Shown here one piece after another: positions 1 to 14,404 of a DNA stretch of 64,000 nt. The stretch spans positions 47,492,001 through 47,556,000 of the forward strand of contig CM060734.1 in assembly GCA_030704615.1 (NCBI GenBank). Reading direction: 5' to 3'. This DNA comes from Takakia lepidozioides (Eukaryota; Plantae; Bryophyta). A program made the position numbers and the translations under genes. Each line of letters opens with the position of its first letter. Positions within the stretch are counted from its first letter, which is position 1. The notes under the pieces were generated by a model that was not told where the DNA came from, did no database searches, and saw nothing but the letters and a program-made list of their open reading frames with translations.

Positions 1-274
1 CCTCCTCCTCCTCCTCCTCATCGATCATCAACTTGCGGTTTTGTGTGCGTGGCACCGACCCAACCGAGGCCGCATGCTCTCGCAGGAACTCCTGAAACGC
101 CCATTCTGAAGCACTGCGAATCATCTTGTCAGGCCCGCATGTCTTCGGAGCTTCGGCTGGATTCCCCGCGTTGCTCGAAGCCATTGGCGCACCTGTTTCT
201 CCAGTATTGTCCCCTTGGGTGTCCAGCTTCCAGAACGTACCTAAAATGTCATCTACTGAGAAAACACGTTCCAT
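1..274 (-). CDS. Group C bZIP transcription factor (bZIP63/Opaque2-like), 5' exon; runs off the window start
   Basis: Manual translation from ATG at 274: MERVFSVDDILGTFWKLD...KMIRSASEWAFQEFLREH...DEEEEE. The ME-VFS-DDILG-FW and RSASEWAF motifs are typical of group C bZIP N-termini. Not in the ORF track because it has no stop within the window. Confidence 0.85.
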   Translation of the reverse strand, partial: MERVFSVDDILGTFWKLDTQGDNTGETGAPMASSNAGNPAEAPKTCGPDKMIRSASEWAFQEFLREHAASVGSVPRTQNRKLMIDEEEEEE

Positions 275-2705
275 CTCCCTCTAGCTTCTTTCCTCTGAAC
301 GTCACCCTAACTGAATTTTCCTGGTTCCGTGCTTGCCTGAGCTACCCTCCTTTATTCCAGCACTTGTCTGCCTGGACCCCTCAAGATTATGCAAAACATC
401 CGGAACAGCGAGCATGGCTCGCAAACAACGTGGGAGCTGACCAAGGAGGGGCCCGTCAATGCCTGATGTCTATGCTACTTCCACCACTCCCAAACCAATC
501 CGTCCCGCCCACCCCCGCAGTTATCTTCCTCAATCATCAAACCCCCGGATAGAACCCAACTACCGAAGCTCCCTCGAGTCCAACTCGCACATTCCCACCG
601 AAGTTGCGAAACCGAAACAGAAAAGATTCCCCCAAAGACAGCGTTCTTGAGTGTTAAGGAAGCCCTTTTTGTCACGAACTTGTACTGACTTGTCCTCAGA
701 GCGGTAAACTCATCTGTTCTGCATATCATCACCCAGTAGAAGAAAATGGAGGCTGGAGCACGACCTTGCCTCGTGCTTTGGCTTTCTGCTGCTCTCTCCT
801 GTTGACCTCACCCCAGTGAACCCCTCCCTCGCATCCTCCCAGTAGCACCAACACTAGGGAGGCACCAGCCGCCCGGCATCATTCTGCCTGATTCTCAATA
901 ATACAACAACGTATTTTGGGAATTTTATGCTCCCCAACCCCACCCACCTACCCTCTTCTTCTCTCAGTCCGAGGTGCAGCTCAGATGCAATGGGCAAGAG
1001 ATGGAATACGCAAGAGTCTTGTAAGTAGGCCTTGGTTGGGGCAGTTGTCTTTATTACTGCAGTTCAGCTTTTATATTACTACATCTTGATGCCACTTAGA
1101 TGCCCAGCATATCCTTTCTCCGTTAACTCAGTGCTGGGTTTGCAAGAAGGAAGGCCTTTACTTTACATTTGGACCTTCCCTCCCATATTGTAGCAGGAAA
1201 GAGGAAAGCTCAAGTTTACATGATTGTAGTTGAAGGGTTTGAAGTTAAGAGTGTGATTTGAGGTAAATTTTCAATCCTGAGGACTTTGCTCCCTAGGACT
1301 TGAAAATTCAGGAAAGTCCAGAGGGTAAGAATTTTACATGTTCATGACTCATGGCGGCTTGAAAATGACAAAACAAATTATGGGCAGGGGCCATCATAAT
1401 CCAGAGTTGCCGGGAAAGCTTGTGGATGTACTCGAGCGGCGGAATTTTGCTGCTGAGATCACTATACTTTACAAAGGGAATTTTTCGAGCAGTGCTTCAG
1501 GTGATGGTGCTTGTAGAATCAAAAGGTATTTCGGTGAAAATCAACCCTGAATGAATGACTAAGGCACAGCTGGGCAAAGCACCCAAATGCGGCTCATTCC
1601 TCTTTTGGTAAGTCAGATCGCATGTCTAAAGATGCTGGGTACCTCACACAGGAATTTGCACAAAGAGATTGACGTGATTGAGAACTGCCTCTAGCATTTA
1701 GGATCCAACGTTATGAATGTCTAGTGCCTTTTGGAAAGTATCTGTCAAATGCAACCAACTCCCTCTCTGTTACAATTCCACCAACAACTCAAACCCGTTT
1801 GATCTTCATGCTTTGGAGGAGAGCTCTGCCATCGTTGGTGAAGGCCTTGGTTACGAAGACCAGAGATGCTTAACCCTTCATGACACCTTCCAAATCGTAC
1901 AGGCAGATTAGACCTAGTTTTACACGTTATTGTTCCATAAATAGTTTGAGCTTCGTTTTGAGATTATTAAGAGTTCTTCTCTTTCATTCTATCTTCTCTC
2001 TCACTCACACACAGAATGTGACATGCCCGGCAATCTACAAACAAGTGCTCAATGAGACATAACCGCACCAACCATATGCCCAATGAACAATATATCCTCT
2101 AAACATTCTGCAGGCCAGCTCTTTGTAATTACGATCACAAAAGCAATCACCAAAAACTTGGCTTCAACTTCTCGTTGTTGTTTTTACAACTGAATGGGTC
2201 GCAGTCTTGTCTGTGCAGAAACCAAGTTGTGTGGTCTTTTCTGCGAACGAAATTAAATCCTTCAACTCATACAATTGATGTAGGCTTGATAACCCTTTCA
2301 ATCTTTCACCAATACGAGACCGCAGATATATGAAGATGAATCGCACGCAGTAAAACCAATGGTCATAAAGAATTTATCTGATAAAATTCCAAAAAAATCT
2401 GTACTGAACTGGTAGCAAAAAAATCAAACTGCCTTGCAAGCTGACTCTTTCCCTTGATGGAATCCTTAAAACCATGGATTTGTTCTCAAATCAGCAATCC
2501 TGGGAAAATGTAATGAGCAGGCAAACAACCACACTCTCCATTTGACAACCTTGTTCCCAAGCACACCTCATATCTTAAATCTACACCGAGCTTGGCGATC
2601 ATAAACTGCAGCAGAAGCCGGGTCGGTCAATCCTGATTCTTTGATGGAGAAGGGTGAACGGTCCACCTGGAGTGATTGTAGCGGCTCTACTGAACATATA
2701 AGGGA

Positions 2706-5700
2706 TCAAGTAGGTCCAGCCCTCCTTGATGGATCCTGGTAAGCCTGAAAAGCTCCCCGAGGCGGCGCTGGCACCCCCCAGCTTCTGGGTGAAGGCATCG
2801 CATTACTGAAAGTCCTTGAATACCCTCCTACTGCTGGGGGGTTTCTTGGACTGGGCCCATTCTGCACACAACACGGGCCATTCCACAGCACGCTATGAGC
2901 TATTTGCAGAGTCCATGTCCAACAAGCGCCTCATTCTAACTCATGAAAGATCGGATCAGCCAGCAGGAAATGTGTACAACACACCAGAGAGAGAAGCCAG
3001 AGTTGTATCATGTAAGGAAAGATTACTGTATCTGACCAAGAAAAGAACAGCCTTCTTTACTGATGGGCTTGGGCAGAAAGGGGAAGCGGAGGATAAAAAA
3101 CCTGATCAGAGCTTCGCGTCTCAGAACGGAACTGTGGAGCAGTTCGAAAACCAGACTCAGCACCAGGGGATGAGTAATTTGCCTCAGGGTGAGCCCCTGG
3201 ATCATGTCGTAAGCTGTTCTCCCTTTGAAACTCACTCTTCGCACCCTGCTGTCGTCAATTTTACAACGAACCAAGTTGAAATTAGGACCGTTAACCCTGC
3301 AATGGTACAAAGTTACTATATTGCCTGTTAATTCCACATACTGGATGAACATCTGTATGTAGAGGTCCAGCCCTCACACATACATCTGCCATTCATGAGC
3401 TGTCTGTTCAATCATACTAAGTCAAACAACTTAGAGCTGCACATATAAGCCTTATTCTAACAACCTGGAAAATAGTGCCCATCTTCTTGAGTGCCTTGGC
3501 ACGTTGCCTTAGCACCTCCTTCTTAGCACCAGGTTCATGCAGCACCTGCCACATTCCACATGTAAGCGTGCTACAACAACAATGCAAGATGCATCAAATT
3601 CTACTGAGTAGATTGGACAAGAATGTCACAATGATCACTATGCTGCTCCTATGCCAAGTAGGAGGATAATAAGATAATCTTGAGTGATCTCTCCAAATGC
3701 TTAAGCAAATAGAAGAGTGCAATAACACACAACAGTTACGACAAAGACAAGCCAATATTAGTACTTTGTGTACACTATGGTGAAGATGACTTCAAGAATT
3801 GTACCGCTTGGCAAACATGGGAGATAGTGAGCTCAATGTCAGCAACATTCAGCTTCCACAGAGAATCCAGCATTATTTGCTGCTTGGACTCCAAAAATGT
3901 TCCAATAGCCGCTTCACCCATGCCTCCACCTGCCTGTAGCTGCCTATTTATATCCTCCTGCATCTGCATCAACTGAATTGCACCTGCCACATCCCCCGGC
4001 CCAAAATACAAACACTGGTTTCCCTCTATTATGCACATTAAATGTTCAGAAAACATGAGTATGCACAATCAGTTTTAATATCTAGTCTCCATGGCGGATC
4101 TCCTACGATGGGCAATAGCTCTTCGAGCTACGGAAAAACCCTGTTAAGTTAGCTCAGACTTATAGCAGCTGTGCAAAATTGAGTTGAACTACCACTTCAA
4201 CAGCTTCCACAGAACTATCCTCGTTCCAGAAAGACCTTACGGAAGCAAGCAGCTGCTCACACAACCCAGCCTATAAGCTCTTTGAGCTCTGCAGACGTTG
4301 TAAAGTACCATTCATTTCATTGTTCCCCCTTATAAGACACAGACTACTTGCAATCCCGGACATCCGGGACAAGTTTTATACATACATAAGATAGCAAACC
4401 AAGTTTCCCTCTTGGCAAACACACGTCAGAGACCCCATCTCACAAAGTGCAGGAAGCTCCAATATCAAAGATGGAGCCGATTCACATAACTGGTTTGTGC
4501 AGCAGCCTTCAAGAACAAGAGCCAAATAAAAATGTTGAAAGGCATGCTGGTGTCAGCTAGCTATAAGGGACGCCACCACTCACACACATACAGACATGGG
4601 CATATGAGTAGCAGGGATGTTACCTGTCGCAGCAGTGACCTGAGACTTGATGAAATGGCCTTTGTCACGAACCCATTCAGTCACAAAAGGAACTCCTAAG
4701 AAGAGCATATTCTTGCCAAGCTCCTTTGCAGCCTGCCTTGAGTAGATGTATCCAATCGTGTGTAACATTGCCTCCCCAAATGCTGCCACATTTAAAGTCA
4801 TCATTCACTGAAGTTATGCCAAACCCCCCCAACTTCACAAACTTGACAGTCTTGCATGTCCTCCTGACACACGTTGCACAGATCAGACTCACTCATGGCA
4901 AAATCTCATTTGTGACCCCACTGTAGGATGAAGACACGGACTGAGAGATCTTACCAGCACTGCTTAGCCGTTCAGCCTCAACTCTGCACCACTTGGTGAA
5001 CCCCACCTTGTCACCTTGCACATAGGGTTGAATGCGCTCAAGTAAACGCTGCACTAACTTCTCCTCCCTTTCTCTTTGAATCTCCTGCAAGATTGCACAT
5101 TTTCGAGATATATCTTGCATCAAAGACGTGCTTGATTGCAGTAAACATTTTATTATACTTTGGCCTCTTAAGAGTAAACATTTCCGCCAAAAATTCTTTA
5201 GCACTCCCCAAGATGGACGGACAGCGAGGGAAACCAAAGATACACAAGTCGAAACTTATACCTTAAACTTTCCTTGCATCTGCTGCATGTCAACAGCTTC
5301 GGTATCCATTGCAGCCATGGAAGCCATTGTAAGCTGGAAAATCACCCAGAAAACAAGTTCACCCCCTTCAGTCACCGCCACAAGAATAAGAGATTACTTA
5401 ACTGCAATGATAGTGAGAATGGTATTTAACCCCATTACTAACATAAATGTAAATCATCAATCTATTTGTTGATCACATGATAGTAATATCCCATGGCGAG
5501 TGCAGATTTGGATAGTTTTCCAGTAGATGTAGACCTGGCCCACATAGTCGTGAAAGGCATCACTGCCAAACAGCATCCCAAATACAGCAGCTGGATCTAC
5601 CATCGCCTCCCTGCATCATCCATCATTTGTCCATCATAGGAGCACCATGTTTGAGCCCATTCTGTGCATACTCTACTCTACAAAGTCAGAACTCCATGCT

Positions 5701-7404
5701 GGCTGCTATTTCTAAGCAAGAATGTACATAAATGCTGCAGTGATGCCAGTGTATGGTTATAGGGCAACCTGTGCCTTCAACTACCACCAGAATCCACAGA
5801 ACAGCAGAGAACCATGAAGCCCTCTTGCAAGATAACCAAACATGCAGCAATGTGCCCATGCTTCATGAAGCTTTCAGATGACAACAACTTAAGAGACAAC
5901 CATGCAATGGTGTTCAGCGGAAACCCATACACCCCACCCCCACAATGGGACAATCTATCAGGTTTGCATGGCCATCTGAAAACATCCCAGAATTTTAAAT
6001 GTGTCATGAAGCTTGTGTGAGTATAATATGAGTAAGAATGGGAAGAAGAAGCCGCACGGTGATAGACCCTGCTTGCCCAACTTGTCATAAGCCTCCTTTT
6101 GTTGCGGGTCACTGAGAACCTGGTATGCCTCTCCCAACACCTGCACCCTCCCTCTGCTAATCTCAATCTTTTACCCACCATAGAGGCACTTGGCTACTAG
6201 AGCTAATAAGACCCTGAACGCCATCTTCTTCCAATGTTGTTCCCAATCACACATACATGTCACCCCAGCAGATGGCATGAACTTTATACATGATAATCCA
6301 GCACTCTCAAATTGCAGAAACTCTTCTGATACAATTCAAATTCCAGCTGATACAGGAAAAAGCGCTAACTTGCCTGGAAATTATGAGCCGCTTCTGGATC
6401 ATTTGGATTTTTATCAGGGTGCACCTTCCTTGCCTGTTCTCCATCCAGAACCTCATCCCTCAGTAACGCAGCTCTCTCTCTATCAAACACAGAATGCCCT
6501 GTACTTTTGCAGTGAACTGAAGCAACCTCATTTTCTCAATGCTCTGAACAGAACAAATACACTTTGCTTTTGTTTCTTCCCGGTTAAAATCCTTCTTTTG
6601 CAGCTGTGGCCAAAAACCAAGCGCAGCAACCACACAGTTGGTTGAGCCTGAGCACAGGAATATGTTTTAATTCTTCAAATTTGCTGCAAAATTCTGTGAA
6701 ATCAGAATCGTTACACCTAGAGTTAAGACCTCCTGAATGAGCACGCAAGGTAATTTTTCTGCTGCCAGGTTTGACCAGTTCCAGTGCAATGGTTTACAAA
6801 GATGGTCATAACCCCCAAGTTATAAAACTTAATTTGCTTCCAGATGAGCCACCTCCACAGGTCCTGCATATTTGCGTCCATCCGATAATATTCCGGAAAG
6901 GCGTCAAGTCACGTCCTGGCGACTGAATCTCTGGCTCATAACTCTCAGAAGAAGGGGTCAACTGCGCATTCGCTTACGTTAAGAAGCTGTAGAAGTTAAC
7001 AATTGGGCTTGAAGGAATGTAAATTGCGCCTCTGTCCTGACACTTCCCATGGAAAGACTGCCTAGTGAAGGACACGTCAAAATTCGAGCGAGATATGGGC
7101 TCCTCCTCATAATCAGATAAGGAGGGCAAGATGTACATTCCGTCGGACACCAGAAACAGTGCTCGAAGTTCTTCGGTGAATTTACCTTTGCAGATTGGTA
7201 CTACAACCGCTGATGAGAAAAGCAGCACAGTATCACACAGACAGAGATCACAACATTCTATCATTTTCCCAGTTTTGCAATATTGACAAAAGACGGAAGC
7301 CAAAGACAGAAGGACACCTTAACGTAGTAGGCCTTCTTAATGTCAGCAGGGGTGGCATCCGGGGGTACCCCCAACACTTCATAGTACTTAGTGTCCTTCA
7401 CCAT
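2706..7404 (-). CDS. DnaJ-domain chaperone with DnaJ-X domain (chaperone protein dnaJ 10-like), multi-exon
   Basis: Exons about 7404-7318 ([29 protein letters not shown]), 6433-6374 ([13 protein letters not shown] motif), 6140-6058, 5610-5535 ([12 protein letters not shown]), 5333-5262, 5084-4955, 4782-4624 ([14 protein letters not shown]), 3983-3805 ([11 protein letters not shown]), 3545-3465. Terminal exon(s) between 3300 and 2706 are uncertain. Confidence 0.9.
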
Positions 7405-8777
7405 CTCTCAAATCGCTCGTCTCTTATCACAAAGCCCCCCAACTAGCAGTTCGAATCGAGTTGTTCAAAGGCACATCAGTTAGGAGATAGAGCTCCTTGT
7501 AGACAGATCATCTTCCGCCCCTCTCAAGCTGCTCCGACTCGACCCACCTTCAAGCTTTCCAAGTTAACAAGCTTCAATAACCAGATCTTCCTCTCTCTGA
7601 AAACGACCCAGACCGACAATTGGAAGCAGAAAGTATGCGGTATTGAGGGAGGAGCAGCAACCGACGTCCAGCGATCGAGGTGGTTAGCAAGCCTCGCGGA
7701 AGGGACACCTTCCTGCACCGCGTGAAGCTTTTCACGTAAGTTCTCTCTTCTGTGTTGAGTGCAAAAGTGGCGGATCCTCGGACAGGCCACATGCAGGCCT
7801 GCCATTTGCACACCTGTTGTTCTTCCATTTGAACTCTATATCCTTTGCAGAGCTCGTTTCCTGTTGTCTCTTTCATTGTGAGCTGGACTCTTTGTGTGGC
7901 CAGTGGGCCCACAACATATTTGTAAGCTAGTTCTCTTCACTTTCCTCTCTCCGACTGCAAGACCTCCCTGTGAGAGAGAAATTGCTCTACTTTTTGGCCT
8001 TTGCATGCTCTACCTGTGCCCGTTGTGCGTGAAGTGCTCGAAGTTCTGTGACTGAAATTCAATGAAGTCAACAAAATGGGATTGCAATTTCAAACAAAGG
8101 TACTCAATCAACCACCTTTGAATCCAATTCACCATAACAGTGAAGAACATGGGAGACAGACTCTGAAACAACAATACTGTCATGTGCTCATCTGGAAGAG
8201 GTGATAAGGCAGCAGATTGAGGGACAAATTAGACTAGTGATAGATGCATGTGGAGGACAACAAAGGACATTGTTTCAAGGACAGTCAAGCTCACCAAAGC
8301 TCTAGATTCAACAATTGTGATATTGAACCCGAATGTGGGAAACTGTCATGCTTCCTTAACATCTTTCCAAGGACCACATCATTTAAGCATTACTGAAGAA
8401 AGAAAACTGCCTACAAAGAATGACTGCAGTATTCAATCATTATAAATAGAGAATTGTCTTGGACTGACTTGGCTAACTGTCTGTTTGCTTAGGTGTCTAT
8501 AGACATCTAGAGTGTCCACAGCATGGTTAGTAGCTTAGCTCCTAAACTCAAAAGTTTCACAATTAAGTTGTTGTAACACATAAATCATGTTGTGTTAGAA
8601 CACCAGGACAACATGTCCATTCTGTACCACGTTCCCACGCCCCACCCCCCCTATCCTATATCCACCTCATTAGGACTCGGACCAAAAAATGAAGAGAGTA
8701 TTCAGTAAATTTACGCTGTCTGAGTAGGGCAGCAATGAGCACATGTACAAATGGGGGCTGCATCTGCAAGATTAAAC

Positions 8778-11700
8778 TTAAGTCAGTGATTTGATGCGCA
8801 CAACTTTGGCAACTTTTTCACGTTTGGCCACAAGAGCCCGGGCAGCCTTGACAAGCTCCTCCTTTATCATAAAGAGAACTGCCGCTGCCATGACACTCTG
8901 GACAATCTTGGTGCTCATGCCTTTGTAGAAGCCTGCCAGCCCCTCAAATTGCACCATCTTCACTATTGCATCCAGTGTGCCTGCCAACGTAGCAAAGATG
9001 ACAGACAACTCATTACAGCCTGTCAAGTGGAGAAGGGAAAGAGATAAAGTACTCAGCCCTCCTAAGCTCTACATGCCTATGTTGTTATTACCCACACTTA
9101 CATTTGCCTCTCCATACAACTGCGAGATTAGCTCCTTGGTGATGACTACTTTCACCTACCTGTGTACTGCAATGACTTGTCCCCTGCAATCTCTTGCTTA
9201 GCTTGAAGACGTGACTGCAAAACAATATCTCCACCATTAATACATGTCACCTCGAGGTTTTGAGTCTGACAATTTATAGACCATCACCCTTGGAATGAAA
9301 GAACGAGGAGTCTCTTAACTCAGTAACACAAGGAGACAAGCCTCTCTCTTGATTCACCTGCTGCATGAAGCCGGTCAGAACATGACATAAAATAGACAAC
9401 ACACAAATACCCGTAAACAGGGAAGAGAAAGTGAGGGGGAGAGGCACACCGGAGTTCTGAGGATCTCATTGAGTGTCAAAGGCATGCAAACTGAGTCTAC
9501 ATGCAAGAGTGCTCACTTTTACAACAAGTAGCGGGTATGTCATCACAGTCGCCCCAAGTTTTGCAATGGCTCCAAGCACGAATACCTGCCACACAGAAAG
9601 CTTAACATGGGAAACAGAAAACCCTGAAGGCAGTTTCTTGTCTGACTATCACATTACAGAGCTAAGACAACGCATGATTTTACTTAACTAGCGAGATTTG
9701 TCTCCCGGACTTCGCCTTAATAGATGTAGCAATGCAGGATGCAAGTATGAGAAGGTGCGCCAAAGGATAGAATGTGCTTATTTAGGCTACCCTTCACAGT
9801 TTTGTAAAGAATGAGGGATGCCTTCCCCAAGCTTTACTCAGAACCAGAGACGACAGCAAAGGAGTACCTCTGTAGCGGATACATCCTTCACCCCCTGCTT
9901 GCTCACAGGCCGCTTTAGTGTTAGTTGCTTCAGCAAACTCTCATAGATCATGAATTGAATTGAAGGGTTGCTAACCTGCTTGGCCACACCCACTTCACTG
10001 GTTACGTGATAAGAAATCAGACCTACAATATAACTTCTCCACCTGCTGCCCAAGCAAGCACACTAGACTTCTCTCATACACATTCTAGTAAAGATTTTGC
10101 CTTCTCCTTTGCCAAGTTTCAAAACAATTGCAGGGCTTATGAACACAATTTTTCTAGCAGAAGCCATTCACAGAACTACCAGCACTGCCGAGAAAGAAAG
10201 TACCTACAAGACATAGGTTGACCAACAAACCATAATAAGAGTGGGAAGCACGCCTTTCCACAAGCCAAGCACGCCAGCTTCATTATAGAGCTCTGATACC
10301 TGCAGTGATTAACTGTTACCTCCCTGATTTCCATCAAAGATCCTAAAGCGCATCCAAAAGCAGTAACTGTAAGTATCACGTACTATGCTACACAACAACC
10401 ATATGGTATTTGCAGCTACATCAATGAGAATGTACCGTTTCTAATGCTCCTCGGGGATGAGTAATAGCCAACAAGTTATGGCTGGAGCTGGCAGATGGGT
10501 CAGAGGAAGAAATGGAAGTCTCAATGTCCGGTAGTGGCAGAGCCTGCTTCTGTGCTTGAGCTTGGGTCTGTGCACAGATTCAGTCAACCATAAACTGCAA
10601 CAATATTAAGACCATCTTCAGCTACAGTACATGTTTTCCAAAATATTCTCAAACAGACAATTACCAGTTCACCATCGAAAGCAGCCCCAAGTCAAGCTCA
10701 TACAGAGTAGGACATCCCAACAAGCAGCAATGACCCTCTAGGCATTACTGTGAAGCAAACCCATCGCCACTATAGCTCCTTGTACCTCAAAGATTGACTG
10801 ACATTTTGTTTCCTGTTTTCCCTCTATAAACTTTGGGCACCCAGTGGATGCGGATACAGTTTCCTTCATACTACACTGCTTCCCACCTATGTAACTACTG
10901 TATAAGTAAAGTTTTGCTCTTACAGGACATTTATAGGTTTGAGACTGCAGTGACAATGGATGGGATACAAACAGGCCGTCAAGCCCATACCATGCTTGAC
11001 AACAGAGACAAAGGCAAGTAGTTCCTTTAGATGGAGAAAACCAAGCAATAGACACACCTGCATACGGGTGACCACCACCCATATAGGATTTGTCAGCAGC
11101 ACATTTGCACATCTGCATACATAAAGGAAAGACCAAAGCACACAGAAGTTAGAGGCCGAAATTAATCCATGTAGCCCAGGCACATGTACACATGTTGTAC
11201 TTGTAAGGCGTCAAGTTTGGATTGCGCCTAAGTTTTCTCCGATGAGAATCAAACATCAAATTGATTGAAGTAAGCTCACAGACAATCACTGTAAGCGTCA
11301 GAGCTCCTTTAAACATACCCCGCAAGTGCTGCGACCAAAAGGGATGTGAACATTCCCACTGTGCCATCTCCCCTACCTAGCTTCTTCAGCCTCAAGGCAC
11401 GGGCCTCCGCCTCATTTCTAAATGTCTGGTAGAAGTAATAGTATACACCCTGCAAAGCAACACCCCAAGCTTTTAGTCTTAACATCTCTCTTACTCACCC
11501 CTTCTTTTAACCTAAACCCTCAAGCTTCTGGCCCAAAGGTCGCACTCAAAGAATGATACACATCCAGCGAGAGGTGCAAGAAAATTGACCACTGCTCCCA
11601 ATTCATTTGAATAACCCACCAAACTACAAACGGAAGCAAATCCCACATTCACAGCAAGATATGTGTCTTTAGCATAAGTTAGCCTCTGCTTTAATTGCTC

Positions 11701-12680
11701 GCACACCAACCAGATACATACTAATTCTACTACGACCCATCAAACGCCATACAGATTCTTTTTCTGGCCTACTTGGAACACCGACCCTCCTCCACAATGA
11801 CACTGTTGATTTCTCCCATGCACACATAGTTGCACCCATTGGCTCATTGAGATTGCTCTTTGCTGTCTTGAAAGGCTAGTTATCAAGGTTCAAAGTAAGC
11901 AACCTACCTGGGAGCAAGCGGTCCCAACCAAAGAAGGTGCCAGGCCCCTGTATAAACCTCCCCAGCCTTCCTCCCTGATAACCTGCAACATTTCAGGTTC
12001 CAGATTGAAAATGCTCAGTAAGTAATCACCATGCTTACACTCTTGATCGGATATGTTCAACCATGCTCCTGTCACATCCACAAAAATTGCTTACTCCAAC
12101 AAAGAGACTGTCTTGACATAAATTAGGACAAGCATTCTTCAATAAGGTGACTTCAAACTTAGCTTACATCCTTACCTTCCATATTTCATGCAAGGTTCCC
12201 TTCTGTATTGCCTGAGGAGATCCTTCCAATGCATCACCTTTTGAACCTTTAGACTTCTTCGCCTTTCGTTCTGTCTGCTGCCGGGTGTTAACCTACCGTG
12301 AATAACACAACATTGATATCCAGAAGGAATCATTCAGCATCGAACCAAGGTTTCATTAAGTGTTTGTCCACTTTGTTTCACAAAAGTTCTAGCACTGGGA
12401 GCCAGGTTGTAAGGAGTTTGCCATTCAAAGATCTGATAAGTGATCTCCTGTACTACAGAGCCACATACAACTCCTTGCCCTTGTCCTTGAAACTATTCAA
12501 CTTCACGGCACAACAAAGATCTGAAGAGCACAGAACAAACTAGGCAAACAATCCATACAAACTGGGGAGATCATTAGCCTGGCCATTTGAAGTACGTACA
12601 GCTTGAAGTGGGTAGGTCAAGAGCTGCGCAACGATGCCACCCCCCGCCCCTGCTAACCCATTGACGACAGCATCTGACAT
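8778..12680 (-). CDS. PXN: Peroxisomal NAD+ carrier (mitochondrial carrier family), multi-exon
   Basis: MSDAVVNGLAGAGGGIVAQLLTYPLQA / VNTRQQTERK / VIREEGWGGLYRGLAPSLVGTACSQ / GVYYYFYQTFRNEAE / NVLLTNPIWVVVTRMQ / GLWKGVLPTLIM / VSNPSIQFMIYE / LGAIAKLGATVMTYPLLVVK / SRLQAKQ / GFYKGMSTKIVQSV. Three carrier repeats, GT-AG introns, close to Arabidopsis PXN as recalled. Confidence 0.92.
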
Positions 12681-14404
12681 ACTTGCTAGTGGGATGATGC
12701 TCAGCCACTGGCCTTGATAGCGATATGTGACAGTCTGCAAGAAGATCCAGCTCCACTTGAAGAACTTTTGCAGGTCGTCCTCTTCCTTCTAACAAGGTCG
12801 CCGACAGTGCCAATGAAACTACGTAGCCCCAAATAGTGCACCTTGCAATTGCAACTTGATTCCCCTCCCAGGTCAGATAGCCTTGCAGGGGATTGACCTA
12901 ATTATCAGGTCGATACAGCATAGATCTCGATCTTCTTGCTGGAAGGAGGGACGTAGCAACAGATCATGATCATAGGGAACAAGGAAGACTTACTGGCCAA
13001 TGTGACCAGAAAGATTGAATCGATATTAATATGTCGTTGCACAAGCAGCGACTTGCTGCAATCAGAGTAATATCATATGCTTTATCGCTTAATACAGAGG
13101 TGGGAGAGAAGATGAAGGGAAAGGCTAGATTTTTCTTCTCGAAAAAGTACCAAGATCTGCACAAGCTGCTGGCGACGAATCTATGAAGCAGCCGTGGTAT
13201 CCGAGGGTTAGAATAAAGTAGTGCTATGATCCCCGATCCCAGTGACATCAGCGATACCAAGCTTAAGAGAAAAATTACTCGTCAACATGCACAGGGAATT
13301 TGCTGGCACACCTATGAACACAAACTCATGGTGATGCATAACAAGTGAGGCTCATGAAATGCACCACCGCTTCACACCCATAAGCTTAATCGTCCACTCC
13401 TTCCGTTATGAGTAAAGACACGCGGAGATCGTTGCGGGAGACAAAGCCTCCAGCATCTCTGGCTGGCTCCTGTGATTCGGCGGTGCCAACACCTACCTAC
13501 TGGGCTCCTTAGCAACCTACTAGCGGTGCCAGTCCAGGAAGCCCTGGGCCCCACAAATCCAGGTTTCTGCAGTGTACGTTTCCTCAAGGTGCTCACCGAG
13601 GGTTGCGTGCTGATGCAAGCCACGGTGTCTCACGCGATTCTCGTGGGGCGGCAACGGTCAGAAAGCTTGGCATGGATTGCTTCTTCTCTCTCATCATCTA
13701 ATTAATACAATCCCACCATTTGCTTGCGTTTGCATCTGTCTCCAGACATACCCATCATAGCCCTGGATGATTGCCCTCTACTGCTGGACGACAGCAGGAT
13801 CGGTTTACTCCATTGTTCTAGTTTTAGGGTCCTAATCTCCGCACAAATCACGGGCAATCGGGTACCTTCCTCACCTTTCTGAGGTTGTATGTATAGGGGT
13901 AGATCGATCTTCTTAAACCATAAAGAGAATGTTAAGTGCAAGGTAGTTCTGTGCTTCAATCCTTCAGGAATCTTGTGTTGTGAAGATGGACGGACATTCC
14001 GACCAGCACCTTGAACCAGTGTTTTTCCAGAATGGGCCTTGTCTTGCCATCGAAGATGCATGTGCAATCACATGGAACAGCAAATTGCAGATTTTGCTAG
14101 CATTCCACTCTACACCAGTAAGGGTGGAAGCAGATCACATCATCAGCCTCCTAGAACTGGGACTCCTTGAAAACTGAATGAAACTTCGACAATCAAAAGA
14201 GAACCTGATATTATGGAGTAAAAAATTAAGCTTCCAAAAGTGAATGATATCAAGATTGTGATACTGTGTTGCAGGAGATACTCTCCCCAAGATAAGACCT
14301 ATGTTTGCTGATGATATCGCACTACCAACCATCAAAACTGCGAGTAATTACTCATGGTGAGTCCACAGCTGGTCCTTAGCTATAGTAAAAGAATTGTGGG
14401 TGTC

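Noticed and set aside
43-552. 169-aa plus-strand ORF
   Set aside because: Antisense to the bZIP exon and has no recognisable motif.
475-732. Possible conserved uORF upstream of the bZIP
   Set aside because: No resemblance to the sucrose-responsive uORF of S1 bZIPs; this gene is group C and its TSS is unknown.
13370-14070. GC-rich stretch with short ORFs between PXN and the SDR gene
   Set aside because: No frame gave a recognisable protein.
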